A DNA stretch of 64,000 bases from Patescibacteria group bacterium (GCA_048621635.1 JBMCWH010000001.1:4324-68323), one strand, 5' to 3'; positions 40,339-50,406 are shown, counted from the first letter of the stretch. Made by a program: numbers and translations. Notes: generated by a model from the sequence alone, not told the origin.

Positions 40339-40605
40339 ATGGCAAATTTATCTTCCAGCAAAAAACGAATACGCCAAACAAAGCGGAAAACAGAAATAAA
40401 TAACCACTGGCGAAGTAAGATTGAAAGTCTGGCTAAAAAATTACGGCAATTGGAGAGTGGTCGAAACATTGACGAAACGCAAGAAGAATTGGAAAAACAA
40501 ACGCAAGTAGTACTGGACAAGGCAGCTCAAAAAGGTGTAATCCATAAAAACAAAGCAGCAAGATTGAAGTCCCGATGGAGCAAAAGACTGAAAAAATTAG
40601 AGTAA
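40339..40605 (+). CDS. rpsT: 30S ribosomal protein S20
   Basis: 88 aa; MANLSSSKKRIRQTKRK... basic helical protein typical of S20. Confidence 0.85.
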   Translation: MANLSSSKKRIRQTKRKTEINNHWRSKIESLAKKLRQLESGRNIDETQEELEKQTQVVLDKAAQKGVIHKNKAARLKSRWSKRLKKLE

Positions 40606-40623
40606 GTTTAAATTGTCTGCCCT

Positions 40624-41178
40624 ATGGCTATAAACCTTCTCCCCCAAAAAGAATTTTCAGAAAAACCTTTCTGGCAACAGGCTTTAAAATGGACAACTAC
40701 GGGAGGAAGAGTAATAATAATCGGTACGGAAATAATTGTTTTAGGAGTTTTCTTCTCCCGATTCTTCCTCGACAGAAGAATTACGGATCTTTCAGAAGAA
40801 ATCAGAACCAAAAAAGTAATTATCAAAACTACAGGAACGCTAGAAGAAAGGTTCCGTAAAGTACAGGATAGACTGAGCGCTTTCAAAGATTTAAAAAGCA
40901 GGCAAAATCAATATTCTGCACCGCTTAATGAATTTCCTAGCATAATCCCTCCAAAAACTGTAATCAAAGCACTGGAAATCAAAAGCAACAACTTAAAACT
41001 AACTGTAGAAACGGGCAGTAGCGGATATTTCACCAAATTACTAACGCAAATCCTTAACTGGGAAGATGTTCAAACTGTCGCGCTAAAAAGTGCCAATCTA
41101 GGAAAAGAAGGAGAAATCGAGATATTTTTAGACGTAGAGATCAACCCTGAATCATATGCTCACAAATCTAAAAAATAA
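40624..41178 (+). CDS. pilN: Type IV pilus assembly protein PilN
   Basis: 184 aa; N-terminal INLLPQK motif, single TM helix, periplasmic domain. Confidence 0.7.
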   Translation: MAINLLPQKEFSEKPFWQQALKWTTTGGRVIIIGTEIIVLGVFFSRFFLDRRITDLSEEIRTKKVIIKTTGTLEERFRKVQDRLSAFKDLKSRQNQYSAPLNEFPSIIPPKTVIKALEIKSNNLKLTVETGSSGYFTKLLTQILNWEDVQTVALKSANLGKEGEIEIFLDVEINPESYAHKSKK

Positions 41179-41190
41179 AAGGAAAACCTA

Positions 41191-41787
41191 ATGGCTGAAA
41201 AAAGATTTAAATGGAAATATATAAAACCGCCTGTCATTACACCCACCAAGACTAAGGTCTACACCATGGCAGGTCTCAGTCTATTAGCGCTCATAATCTT
41301 CGGTGCTTTTGCTATCCGCCCAGCACTAGCAACGGTTGTAGAACTAAAGAAGAAAGTAATAGAACAAAAAGAAGCAAGTTTAAAACTAGAACAAAAAATA
41401 AAGGACTTATCTAGAGCTCAAATACTTCTTAGTAAACATGAAAATGATATCCAATTACTAGAAAAGGCTTTACCGCACAAAAAAAATAGTGCACAAATAC
41501 TAGAAACTATATACGCTCTAGCAAAACGAAATAATTTGCGCCCGAATAGATTATCCTTTGCCAAAGAAAATCAGATAAAAATAAAGCTACCAAACGATGT
41601 AATAACTATCCATTCTGTTCCTATTCTTCTACAAGTAGAAGGCGTCTTTCCTGACTTTAACTCTTTCTTACAAGACCTAGAAAACTCTTCTCGACTTATA
41701 GACATAGATGAGATAAGAATCAATAAAACTCGCTATGGAACCGAGCTTTACCGTATAAACTTAAGAAGTTATTTTGCCTATGATTAA
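41191..41787 (+). CDS. pilO: Type IV pilus assembly protein PilO-like
   Basis: 198 aa; TM helix then coiled coil then C-terminal domain; follows pilN. Confidence 0.6.
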   Translation: MAEKRFKWKYIKPPVITPTKTKVYTMAGLSLLALIIFGAFAIRPALATVVELKKKVIEQKEASLKLEQKIKDLSRAQILLSKHENDIQLLEKALPHKKNSAQILETIYALAKRNNLRPNRLSFAKENQIKIKLPNDVITIHSVPILLQVEGVFPDFNSFLQDLENSSRLIDIDEIRINKTRYGTELYRINLRSYFAYD

Positions 41788-41977
41788 AATAACCAAAAAC
41801 GCCATAATTTTGCTCGTTGTCTCTTTATTCACAGTAACTTCCTGGATTGGCTTTGAGCTGTACCGCATCTGGAAAGCGCCAGCAAGTATAAAGGTTACTG
41901 AAGAAGAATTAGAAACATTTGAACCTAAACTAGACAATGAGGCATTTACTACTCTTCGTGAAGTCGGAAATCCTTAA
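41774..41977 (+). CDS. Small single-TM protein overlapping the pilO stop (PilP-like?), hypothetical
   Basis: 67 aa, N-terminal TM helix; 14-nt overlap with pilO. Confidence 0.35.
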   Translation: MPMIKITKNAIILLVVSLFTVTSWIGFELYRIWKAPASIKVTEEELETFEPKLDNEAFTTLREVGNP

Positions 41978-43724
41978 TCTGAAGTTGAAGAGTTCTGTTC
42001 CCATTCCAAACATTCTCAGATAAATTAAAAAGCGCATCGATCCGACTACCTAACCGCAACCCCTCAGAATCAGAACCTAACCCGAACCCGATAGCAGGAA
42101 AAGTCTTCCCGCCCAAAGCAGTATCACCTGTATCCTGAAGTCGTAACTTAAGATGCTTTTTATCCTTGCCAACAACAGTGACATCCACTACACCCAATTG
42201 ATCACTCCAAAAAACGGGACGAGGATTTGCTCTTCCAAAAGGTTCAAATTTTTTTACTTCTTCCCATAAATCCCAACAAACTAGGGAAAGTGGTAAATCT
42301 AAATCCGCAGCTTTTTCAGCGCAAAGAAGCTCAGGAGTAACCTGCTCTTTCACTAAAGAATAAAAAGCAGCCTGAAACTCGGGCAGTTTCTCTGTCTCCA
42401 AAGTGAATCCGGCAGCCATAGGGTGACCTCCAACATCCACCAAATAATTAGCCAATTCCCGTAAGGCAGCTATGACATCAAAACCTTTAACAGAACGCGC
42501 AGATCCTTTAGAAACTTGCCCCCCCTCAGAAATAGCAAGAACAGGTCGGTGGTACTTTTCAACCAACTTCCCAGCCAAGAGACCTATCACACCTTCGTGG
42601 TAAGCGGGATCCACAGTGACAATAGCAAGCTGCTCTTTATCCACAGACATCTTAGCAGTAGCTAACATTTTCTCCGTTGTTTCCTGTCTTTCCCGATTAA
42701 TCCTATCCAACTCTTGAGCAAGGCTATTTGCTTGCTTTTCATCTTCAGTACAAAGCAGTCGCAAAGACTTGATCGCCTCATCTAACCGCCCAGCAGCATT
42801 AAGTCGGGGTGCTAAGACCCACCCTATCTCGTAAAGACCAATCCTTCTCTCATCGACACCGGCAATTTTTGCCAAACTTTGTAAACCTAAACGGCGAGGA
42901 GATTCATTTAATTTATCCAAACCGAATTTAACCAAAGAGCGGTTGGTTCCTAACAAAGGTTCAATATCGGCAATAGCTGCTAGAGAAACCAAATCCAAAA
43001 ATTGGTCAGATTTTTCTCCTAGTAAACTCCGCGCCAAAAACCAAGCTATTCCTGCCCCACAAGTTTCATCTGTCCACAAAATATCCCGCAAATCATATTC
43101 AAAACCAAAAGTTTCTTCAAATTGGCTGTCTCTTTGGTGATGATCTGTAACTAATACATCAAAACCCTTTTCCCCAGCCAACTCCAAAGGCCTGTGTGCT
43201 GTCACCCCGCAATCAACGGTCACAATCAAAGGTTTTTCTTTATTTGGAACTTGAAATTTGTAATTTGTAATTTCGCGCAGGGAATCCTCCGAGAAACCGT
43301 AACCGTGGTCGAAGCGATTAGGTATAAACGGCAAACATTTTTTATAACCTAGTTCCCGATAGATAGCTTCCCACAAAATTGCTGTTGCACAAAGACCATC
43401 TACATCATAATCACCGTGAATCACAATAGGCCTATTTTCTGAAATAGCCTTTTCTATCTTTTCTTTTGCCAAGGACAAAAATTCAGCATTTAAATCCACT
43501 GAATTAGGATCTAAATCAAGGGGATGAGAGGGGGAAAAAAAATCTTCCACCACAGAACTTTTTTCTAACCCACGGACCCGCAGTAAAGCTTGTACAACCT
43601 CTTCAATAGAGGAAGGTTTAACATCTTCACTTTTTATCTTCACTTGCACATCAGACCCAAACACAGTAAATATAATAACACGAGAAAATTCCCAAATTAC
43701 AAATACCAAACAACAAATAAACAA
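41949..43724 (-). CDS. recJ: Single-stranded-DNA-specific exonuclease RecJ
   Basis: 591 aa; DHH motifs (HGDYDVDG, DHH) and DHHA1 domain; true start probably internal. Confidence 0.85.
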   Translation of the reverse strand: MFICCLVFVIWEFSRVIIFTVFGSDVQVKIKSEDVKPSSIEEVVQALLRVRGLEKSSVVEDFFSPSHPLDLDPNSVDLNAEFLSLAKEKIEKAISENRPIVIHGDYDVDGLCATAILWEAIYRELGYKKCLPFIPNRFDHGYGFSEDSLREITNYKFQVPNKEKPLIVTVDCGVTAHRPLELAGEKGFDVLVTDHHQRDSQFEETFGFEYDLRDILWTDETCGAGIAWFLARSLLGEKSDQFLDLVSLAAIADIEPLLGTNRSLVKFGLDKLNESPRRLGLQSLAKIAGVDERRIGLYEIGWVLAPRLNAAGRLDEAIKSLRLLCTEDEKQANSLAQELDRINRERQETTEKMLATAKMSVDKEQLAIVTVDPAYHEGVIGLLAGKLVEKYHRPVLAISEGGQVSKGSARSVKGFDVIAALRELANYLVDVGGHPMAAGFTLETEKLPEFQAAFYSLVKEQVTPELLCAEKAADLDLPLSLVCWDLWEEVKKFEPFGRANPRPVFWSDQLGVVDVTVVGKDKKHLKLRLQDTGDTALGGKTFPAIGFGLGSDSEGLRLGSRIDALFNLSENVWNGNRTLQLQIKDFRLHEE

Positions 43725-43780
43725 AGAATTAGAAACGCAACTCTAGCTTAGTTTTTCCGGGCAAATAATTTATTACGCAT

Positions 43781-44659
43781 TCAGCTAAGATTACGGTACC
43801 ACACCGTAAGAAGAGGAGTAGCTACAAAGGTAGAGGAATAGGTTCCCAAAATTGTCCCAATAAAAAGGGCCACAGAAAACCAGTGAATTGTTTGTCCTCC
43901 AAGAAGAACAAGACACAAAAGCATAAACATAATAGTAAAAGAATCACCCAAAGCTCTAACAATAGTATCATTCATCGCTCTGTTTACGATCTCATCATAC
44001 TGCAATGGACTAACGTTTCCTCTATGACCTTCCGCTTCTTTTCTTACCGAATTAAACACAACCACGGTATCGTGAACCGAAAGAGACAAAGTGGTAAGAA
44101 CAGCAGTAACAAACAAGGTATCAACAGAAACTCCCCAAAAATATCCAAAAAAGGCAAAAGAGCCTAAAAGAATAGTGGTATCGTGCAGCATTGCTAAAAC
44201 AGCACAAACTCCGTACATAAAGTCCTTAAACTGCCAAGCAGCGTAGAGCATAATTAAACTTACAGCCAAAACAATAGCAATGATCGTTTTAGTAAGAAGT
44301 TCTCGCCCTAAAGTCGGGCCCACAGTTTCAAAACGGACAACTGCAACCTCTCCAATATTTCTCTCCAAAGATTGAACTAACATATTCTTCTCCGCGTCAT
44401 CTATATTTTCTAACTTAAGCAAACAATTTTCCTCTGACTGTTGAACTGCGACCAACATATCTTTTCCATCCTCAAGACCATCCCGAATGCTAGGAACCTG
44501 ACATTCAATATCCTCGGCAAACTTCAATTCCAAAAGACTCCCTCCGGTGAAATCAATACTGGGACGCAAACCCCAAGAAATCAAAGAAAGAATACTGATA
44601 AGCAGAAAGAAAACTGACACGCTAAAATATACTTTTTTGTAATTTAAAAAGTTAATCAT
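43781..44659 (-). CDS. secF: Protein translocase subunit SecF
   Basis: 292 aa, six TM helices, SecF family blocks. Confidence 0.85.
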   Translation of the reverse strand: MINFLNYKKVYFSVSVFFLLISILSLISWGLRPSIDFTGGSLLELKFAEDIECQVPSIRDGLEDGKDMLVAVQQSEENCLLKLENIDDAEKNMLVQSLERNIGEVAVVRFETVGPTLGRELLTKTIIAIVLAVSLIMLYAAWQFKDFMYGVCAVLAMLHDTTILLGSFAFFGYFWGVSVDTLFVTAVLTTLSLSVHDTVVVFNSVRKEAEGHRGNVSPLQYDEIVNRAMNDTIVRALGDSFTIMFMLLCLVLLGGQTIHWFSVALFIGTILGTYSSTFVATPLLTVWYRNLS

Positions 44660-44673
44660 TGTAAATTGTTTTA

Positions 44674-45996
44674 TTACTTATAAAACAGCCTCAGCAAAAC
44701 CTTCGTCATTACAACACCAGTAAACAACCCCACTACTATACCAAGAGCCAAAGTCAAGGCAAAACCCCTAACCACTCCCGAAGTGTTTAAAAAACCCCAA
44801 TTAAAAGGGTTAAACAAAAGGAAGCAGATAAGTAAATCGCAAACATTGGCATCTTTGATTGCATCTATAGCATGCATAAAACTTCTCTCCACCGCTAGAT
44901 CTTTGGGTGTACCTGCTCGTGTCTCTCTCCGAATACGTTCAAAGACTAAAATACTTGAATCCACCACCATACCCACAGAAAGAATAAACCCAGTCAAACC
45001 AGGCATAGTCAACGTAACCGGGATTAATCTATACAACGTGATTGTAACTAAACCGTACTCTAAGAGAGTAAAACCAGACAAGACCCCCAGCTTTCCATAG
45101 TACAAAACCATAAAAAGGAAAACAAAAATTAACCCCCAAACCCCAGCAACAACACTTTTCCGAACAGCAGCTTGCCCCAGAGAAGCCTCAACCTGCCGTT
45201 GCTCAACTGTTTGTAAAGGAACGGGAAGAGCACCAGCATTAAGCTGAATGGAAAGCTTTTTTGCTTGCTCGACAGTGAATTGACCAGAAATAACGGCTTC
45301 CCCGTTCGCAATTTTCTCCTGGACCCGTGGGGCACTAATCGGTTGCTCATCTAAAAATATTGCCAACGGTTCGCCTACCAGTAATTCTGTTAATTGCGCA
45401 AACTTTTCTGTCCCTTCCGCATCAAATTTAATAGCAACCTGGGGTTCGCTTGTCTGTTGACTGAAAGTAACCTGCGCTTGCTGAAGATTTTCTCCAGTCA
45501 GATCTGTCTTTTCAAAACCGAGAAGTTGTTGCTCACCGTTCTCTTCCGAATAGACAGGTTTTCTAAAATCAAGCTGAGCCGTTTCTCCAATCAAATCAAG
45601 AGCTTTTTCTGTATCCGTAACTCCTGGTAATTCAACAATTATCCGCCAATCAGAACCAGTACGTGCTGTCTGGACATTAGCCTCCGTAACCCCAAACAGA
45701 TCAACTCGCCGCGAAACTACCTCCTTAGCAGCCTCCAAAGCCTCCCCTCTACGCTCCTCTTGGACACCAGACATATCCGCTTCCAACACCACATGAATTC
45801 CTCCTTGGATATCCAAACCCTTCTTCAACTGCAAATCCCTTTCAACACCAAATAAAGAAACAGGTCCTCCAATCTCAGTATCAATCTTCAAAAAACTTGT
45901 ATTTAAATGAATAGGAATACGAGGTAAGTTTAAACGAAGGCAAACAACAGTAAGAAAAATTATCCCCCACAAAAACCAGCGTGTTTTACTTTTCAT
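44674..45996 (-). CDS. secD: Protein translocase subunit SecD
   Basis: 440 aa; periplasmic domain plus six C-terminal TM helices; upstream of secF. Confidence 0.85.
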   Translation of the reverse strand: MKSKTRWFLWGIIFLTVVCLRLNLPRIPIHLNTSFLKIDTEIGGPVSLFGVERDLQLKKGLDIQGGIHVVLEADMSGVQEERRGEALEAAKEVVSRRVDLFGVTEANVQTARTGSDWRIIVELPGVTDTEKALDLIGETAQLDFRKPVYSEENGEQQLLGFEKTDLTGENLQQAQVTFSQQTSEPQVAIKFDAEGTEKFAQLTELLVGEPLAIFLDEQPISAPRVQEKIANGEAVISGQFTVEQAKKLSIQLNAGALPVPLQTVEQRQVEASLGQAAVRKSVVAGVWGLIFVFLFMVLYYGKLGVLSGFTLLEYGLVTITLYRLIPVTLTMPGLTGFILSVGMVVDSSILVFERIRRETRAGTPKDLAVERSFMHAIDAIKDANVCDLLICFLLFNPFNWGFLNTSGVVRGFALTLALGIVVGLFTGVVMTKVLLRLFYK

Positions 45997-45998
45997 CC

Positions 45999-46346
45999 TT
46001 ATTTTCCCTCAACAGCCTCCTCCTTATTTGAAATAGCGGACTTTAGTCCGCCTCCCCCGGAACTCGAAATATCCGCAGTCTCACTTGAATTGCCGGGTTC
46101 TGAGTTCAGTATTTCTTCTGTAGAACCAGAAGCACCGCCATCCTCCGTCGGTATCTCAGACAATGGAAGCTGGCGACCGTTAGGAAAAGTGTAAGTTATC
46201 GTCCCTTTTTCAAAATCCAGTTCCGCCTCAGCGTTATCACCATAACGCAAACAGAGAGCATCAAAAAATTCTACCGGAATAGTAACAGCAGCGCTATTTC
46301 CTGTTTTAATTATCTTTTGCGTCATTATAAGATTATTATAATACAA
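45999..46346 (-). CDS. AbrB/MazE/SpoVT-type swapped-hairpin domain protein with Gly/Ser-rich tail
   Basis: KIIKTGNSAAVTIPVEFF is a classic swapped-hairpin motif; abuts the secD start, where yajC is often found. Start is likely Met 8. Confidence 0.45.
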   Translation of the reverse strand: MYYNNLIMTQKIIKTGNSAAVTIPVEFFDALCLRYGDNAEAELDFEKGTITYTFPNGRQLPLSEIPTEDGGASGSTEEILNSEPGNSSETADISSSGGGGLKSAISNKEEAVEGK

Positions 46347-46587
46347 AAAGAAAAAAGAGGAAAGAACCCTCCGAACCGTGATTCTATTGACTATTAAACC
46401 CTCCTCAACATTCCGCTGTCAACAGCCTTACGGCGAAAAAAATTTATATACCTTTCCCCAAAAGTCCACCACTAATATGCCCAGAAAATAGTAAAGTGTG
46501 CAAAAAACACCTCGAACTTTTTAAAAGCCTACTTACCTTTCCTTACAGTTACTTCCTATTTTCTCCCAAAACAGCTTATAAAATATG

Positions 46588-46596
46588 GTATACTAA
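46588..46596 (+). promoter_or_regulatory. Extended -10 TGGTATACT upstream of the 46636 gene
   Basis: aatatGGTATACTaaactc... followed by the AAAGGGGGAGGG SD. Confidence 0.35.
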
Positions 46597-46635
46597 ACTC
46601 AGTTCCAAAACACTATAGGAAAAAGGGGGAGGGAA

Positions 46636-47556
46636 ATGGCCTTAAAGAAAGAATGGCCGTCTATTCGTGCCGAGTGGTTGGAAGAATGGCTTGAAAGAGG
46701 AACAATAGAAGCGGCACCTTTACTTGGCCTTCCAGAACTAGGAGTACTTGTGCCCACCAAAGGGTGCAGACCGCAGAAGACATGGTACCGAAAAGAGAAC
46801 GGAGAGGTTATTAAAGAAACTACAAGATACTGGCTAGGAGAAGGAGTGCTCCTGGTCTCGCGTTGGGATTCTCTCGAAATACACTATGATCCTAAAGCGG
46901 ACCAAAATATTGAAAAAGCAAGCACAGAAGAGCTAAAATCCCGGCGCATGTTCCGCCTAAAAGACGGGACAATTCTAGTTCTTATCTACCAACACGTAGA
47001 AGATATTCTCCATTTCCAGCGTCAGCAATGGCACATAGAACTAGATACCTACCAACAGGAGCTTGAAGAAATTTTCGGAAAACTCAGAGAAGTGGAAATG
47101 GCAGTGACAGCCTTAAAAAGGAGCAGAAAAGAAAGTACTAGACTGCCACGAAGATTAAGGAGAAGAAGAAAAGAAATTCAGCAAATTTTGCTACAAGCTA
47201 TTGTCCCTCGCGAGCAGGCAGCAGAAATGCTTATCGAAACTCTCTGGAAGGAATTTAAACTAGCGGAAGAGGGAATAGAAAATAGCTTTGCCAGCGAACC
47301 GATGAAAGATTTCCTAGCTGGAGAAGATATCTCCGCGGAAGGCTTAAGATCTAGATTAGTCAACATCTATCACCAGCTAAACCAAATGAAAGTTCGCCCT
47401 GTAGTGCTACCTCTTAGAAAAGTGTCAAAGAGATATCGTAATGCGCTAGGCGCTCTGGATGTAGGAGAAGAAAAGATATTTCTCCAAGAAATTAACTATA
47501 TTTTGGACAGTCTCAAAGAACTTCGCAGTTCACTTATACAAGAAAAGAAACAATGA
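46636..47556 (+). CDS. Hypothetical protein, 306 aa, no recognisable domain
   Basis: Has its own promoter, a strong SD and a Rho-independent terminator; predicted coiled and charged (RRLRRRRKE) regions. Confidence 0.6.
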   Translation: MALKKEWPSIRAEWLEEWLERGTIEAAPLLGLPELGVLVPTKGCRPQKTWYRKENGEVIKETTRYWLGEGVLLVSRWDSLEIHYDPKADQNIEKASTEELKSRRMFRLKDGTILVLIYQHVEDILHFQRQQWHIELDTYQQELEEIFGKLREVEMAVTALKRSRKESTRLPRRLRRRRKEIQQILLQAIVPREQAAEMLIETLWKEFKLAEEGIENSFASEPMKDFLAGEDISAEGLRSRLVNIYHQLNQMKVRPVVLPLRKVSKRYRNALGALDVGEEKIFLQEINYILDSLKELRSSLIQEKKQ

Positions 47557-47562
47557 AAACCG

Positions 47563-47600
47563 TGGTTGGAGCACCCCCGCTCCAACCATTTTTTCTTTTT
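47563..47600 (+). terminator. Rho-independent terminator
   Basis: gtggttggagc-accccc-gctccaaccat followed by ttttttcttttt. Confidence 0.7.
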
Positions 47601-47630
47601 AAAAGCACAAAGGGTCCCTAGGACCCTTTC
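47601..47630 (-). terminator. Bidirectional hairpin aaagggtcc-cta-ggacccttt (terminator for the convergent regulator gene)
   Basis: 9-bp stem flanked by A and T runs. Confidence 0.5.
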
Positions 47631-47653
47631 TATGGTCTTTCCGAATCAACCAT

Positions 47654-47674
47654 TCTAAACCTTAAAGGTTTAGA
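47654..47674. repeat. Palindromic element ttctaaaccttaaaggtttag (second copy)
   Basis: See 33926-33946. Confidence 0.45.
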
Positions 47675-47683
47675 AAATTTGCC

Positions 47684-48259
47684 TCAGCTAACCAAGTCTT
47701 CCTCGTCGCCTAAAAGCATAATCCGCGGCATAGTTAGAAGCTTGCGTACAAAATAGTCATCACGGTCTTTTAACGCTGTAAACTCATCTTTAGTAAGCAC
47801 TGTGTAGTTTATCTCATGGCCATGTTTTTTTTCTGCTTTGTGAACATACTGGCGCAAAATTTCAATATGTACTTCCCCTATCAAAACCAAGTCAATTTCA
47901 TCCTCCTCCGCTATCCGGCCCATAGGCAAAGCCCGTGCCATATAAGCATATTTAAGCTTTCCCAACTTTCTCTTATGCTTCAAAATTAATCTACCTAGTC
48001 CGGATTCGTGACAAACTAAATCTAAAAGAGGAATATAAAGAGGATGATCAGAATTTGTTTTGTAATAAAGGCGATTTCCGCGGCGCCATTTTTTTACTAA
48101 ACCCAAGTCTTCTAAATTAGCCAATTCTCTCCGCACAGCATTAATTTCTGTATCCACCGCCCGCGTAATTTCCCGCACATAATGCTCTTCTTCCGGATCA
48201 CGCAGTAAAAGTTTCAGCATATCCACACGAACTTTTGAGGTGAGCAAATCTTCCAACAT
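47684..48259 (-). CDS. Winged-helix transcriptional regulator with C-terminal minimal nucleotidyltransferase-like domain
   Basis: N-terminal ArsR/MarR-like wHTH (VRVDMLKLLLRDPEEEHYVREITRAV); the C-terminal ...EDEIDLVLIGEV... resembles Pol-beta-type NTase motifs. Confidence 0.45.
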   Translation of the reverse strand: MLEDLLTSKVRVDMLKLLLRDPEEEHYVREITRAVDTEINAVRRELANLEDLGLVKKWRRGNRLYYKTNSDHPLYIPLLDLVCHESGLGRLILKHKRKLGKLKYAYMARALPMGRIAEEDEIDLVLIGEVHIEILRQYVHKAEKKHGHEINYTVLTKDEFTALKDRDDYFVRKLLTMPRIMLLGDEEDLVS

Positions 48260-48267
48260 AATTATAA

Positions 48268-49560
48268 TTACTGCAACTTAACCAAATCCTTATTCCTTGC
48301 CGGCACTATCTCAATCCAAATCTGTCCCCTGTTGAACTTAACTTCTTTTCCCGCAGAGTCATAAAACCGGGTGCGCCCATAAATATCGTCTTTTTCCCAA
48401 GTACCTTTGATCACTTTTCCATCCAAAAATATATAAGCAGAACCTTCACCCACTGTCTGATATCTAAGATGCTTTTTCTGATCATTGAACAGTGTTTCTT
48501 TAACAAATTGCAAAACTACATTTTTTGCCTGGATTTGGACATCACCCGCACCAGCATCAATAGTAGGTTCTCCTCCTTGGTACCTTCGGTAAGCATTTTC
48601 TTCGGAATCATGCTCCCAATTAACCAAAAACTGAGGGTTTTCCCAAAAATTAAAAGTAATACTTTCCACACTGGAGGGTCGCTCCGTCTCTTCTTGCGGA
48701 GAAGGAGCCTGAGCAGGGGTTCCTCCAGTGTGTGTATCGTCATCCTTGAATTTCCAAGGATCAAACTTTTTTAATCCTTCCCAACCGGGATATTTTGTTG
48801 GGGCCACGTTCCAAAGCTTAGTCGTAGATGTAAATCCTGTGTGCTCCTGTGGTACCCCGCGAGAGTTATCTCGCCAATAAGCAGAACTACCTAGCCACAT
48901 TTGGTCAAGAGAAGGTAGATTAATCCGATTTATTTTTGCATACGAATCCGCGTCAGGATGACAGGTAAAAGAATAATTCGGGTTGTACTGGTTTGCTTTA
49001 TCATCCGCATCCATATATGAACCGCCCCAGTGAGCAAACCATGCATATAATTCTGCTGCCCAGTCAAGATAATAAGTACGGGCAGAACGTACAGGTCCTA
49101 CCTTCTCCACATCTTGAGAATGAAAAACTGCTAAAAACCTAGTAATGCCCCCTTCAGCTACCACTTCATAAACTAAATCTGCTTTACTAAGCCCAAACTG
49201 AGGCCGCGCTTGCGGGTGGTTGTTCACCATTATGGCCAGGGGACGGCGCGATGAAAACACATCCTGCTCCGCATGCGTATAAAAAACGCCGTTAATAGGA
49301 GAGGGGTAGGTCTTCTCTGCCTCCGGATCAGGAGTAGGCATAGACTCTCTTTCTTTAGCTATCTCTGCCGGTATGACCCTGCGGGAACTGTTCCACCACC
49401 ACCAAGAATAAATACCATAAAAAACCAACCCTAATCCCAAAATACCCGCAACAATTCCGCCTATCTTTAGAAATTTACTGGAAGAAAAGCCTGTATTCTC
49501 CCACCAAATTCGAAAACGTATTTGCCACTCCTTAATTTTTTTTCCTAAATACAAAGACAT
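48268..49560 (-). CDS. DUF3048 (YerB-like) lipoprotein/secreted protein
   Basis: 430 aa; N-terminal TM/signal, conserved ...RPLAIMVNNHPQARPQFGLSKADLVYEVVAEGGITRFLAVF... block. Confidence 0.7.
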   Translation of the reverse strand: MSLYLGKKIKEWQIRFRIWWENTGFSSSKFLKIGGIVAGILGLGLVFYGIYSWWWWNSSRRVIPAEIAKERESMPTPDPEAEKTYPSPINGVFYTHAEQDVFSSRRPLAIMVNNHPQARPQFGLSKADLVYEVVAEGGITRFLAVFHSQDVEKVGPVRSARTYYLDWAAELYAWFAHWGGSYMDADDKANQYNPNYSFTCHPDADSYAKINRINLPSLDQMWLGSSAYWRDNSRGVPQEHTGFTSTTKLWNVAPTKYPGWEGLKKFDPWKFKDDDTHTGGTPAQAPSPQEETERPSSVESITFNFWENPQFLVNWEHDSEENAYRRYQGGEPTIDAGAGDVQIQAKNVVLQFVKETLFNDQKKHLRYQTVGEGSAYIFLDGKVIKGTWEKDDIYGRTRFYDSAGKEVKFNRGQIWIEIVPARNKDLVKLQ

Positions 49561-49564
49561 AATA

Positions 49565-50050
49565 TTACTGCAAAGCCTTGCGAACAGCTTCTTGCTCCTC
49601 TTCTGAAAATTCGTAGCCCGACTCTTCCCCTTCCCGCACCGGCTTCCCGTACATGCGAGTCATTTCTCTCCCGTGTAAGGAAGAAATAACCACACCGGAA
49701 CCATGTTCATCCAAGAGCGCAATTGCAAAAGATTGATCCCCCCCTGTATCCTCAAATGGATTAAATCTAACTAAACCTATCTGCTGGATGTGGGTCATCC
49801 CATCTTGCCGCAAGCGAATTAAACTTTCCCGTAGCTGGGTAATCTCCTCTTTGTTTTCCCCAGCTTGCCCCAAATAAGCTTCCAAAACTTCTTTCAAATC
49901 TACACCTTTGACTTCTTTCGTCAAACGATGGTAGTGCCGAACTGCTCGCCAATAAAGAATTGAAAGGATTATTAACCAAACTAGAAGACCTCCACAAATA
50001 CCTAAAAGCACAGTAGGTTGCAGAAGTAATTGAATAAAATTTGGGTTCAT
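49565..50050 (-). CDS. DUF4446-like membrane-anchored protein
   Basis: 161 aa; N-terminal TM helix, conserved GLVRFNPFEDTGGDQSFAIALLD block; co-transcribed with the DUF3048 gene. Confidence 0.55.
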   Translation of the reverse strand: MNPNFIQLLLQPTVLLGICGGLLVWLIILSILYWRAVRHYHRLTKEVKGVDLKEVLEAYLGQAGENKEEITQLRESLIRLRQDGMTHIQQIGLVRFNPFEDTGGDQSFAIALLDEHGSGVVISSLHGREMTRMYGKPVREGEESGYEFSEEEQEAVRKALQ

Positions 50051-50115
50051 TAACTAAACGGTAGCAAAAGAGCAAAACAGTGTCAACAACAAGACCATGT
50101 TATAATATAATCACA

Positions 50116-50406
50116 ATGGCAAATAAAGATCGGGAAATAAAAAGATTACGCCGAGAGGTAGAAGTTCTCAGAGCGCAGCTAAAAACAGAACAAAAGGGGA
50201 CCTCAAATGGAGAGGGTAACAGAAAAACACAACCAGAAACAACTACCAAAAAAGGTAACACAAAAGACTACCAATATGTAAAAAAGGATTTAAAAAGATC
50301 TTTACTAATAGCAACCGGAATCTTTGCCGCAATCTTAGGCTTAAAATTTTCGCAACCTTACTGGTCGCAAGTTACCACAACAATTTTCGGTTTCCTCCCT
50401 ATATAA
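50116..50406 (+). CDS. Small C-tail-anchored membrane protein, hypothetical
   Basis: The ORF track starts at 50080, but MANKDREIKRLRREVEVLRAQ (Met 13) is the likely start; coiled-coil N-terminus, C-terminal TM helix. Confidence 0.4.
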   Translation: MANKDREIKRLRREVEVLRAQLKTEQKGTSNGEGNRKTQPETTTKKGNTKDYQYVKKDLKRSLLIATGIFAAILGLKFSQPYWSQVTTTIFGFLPI

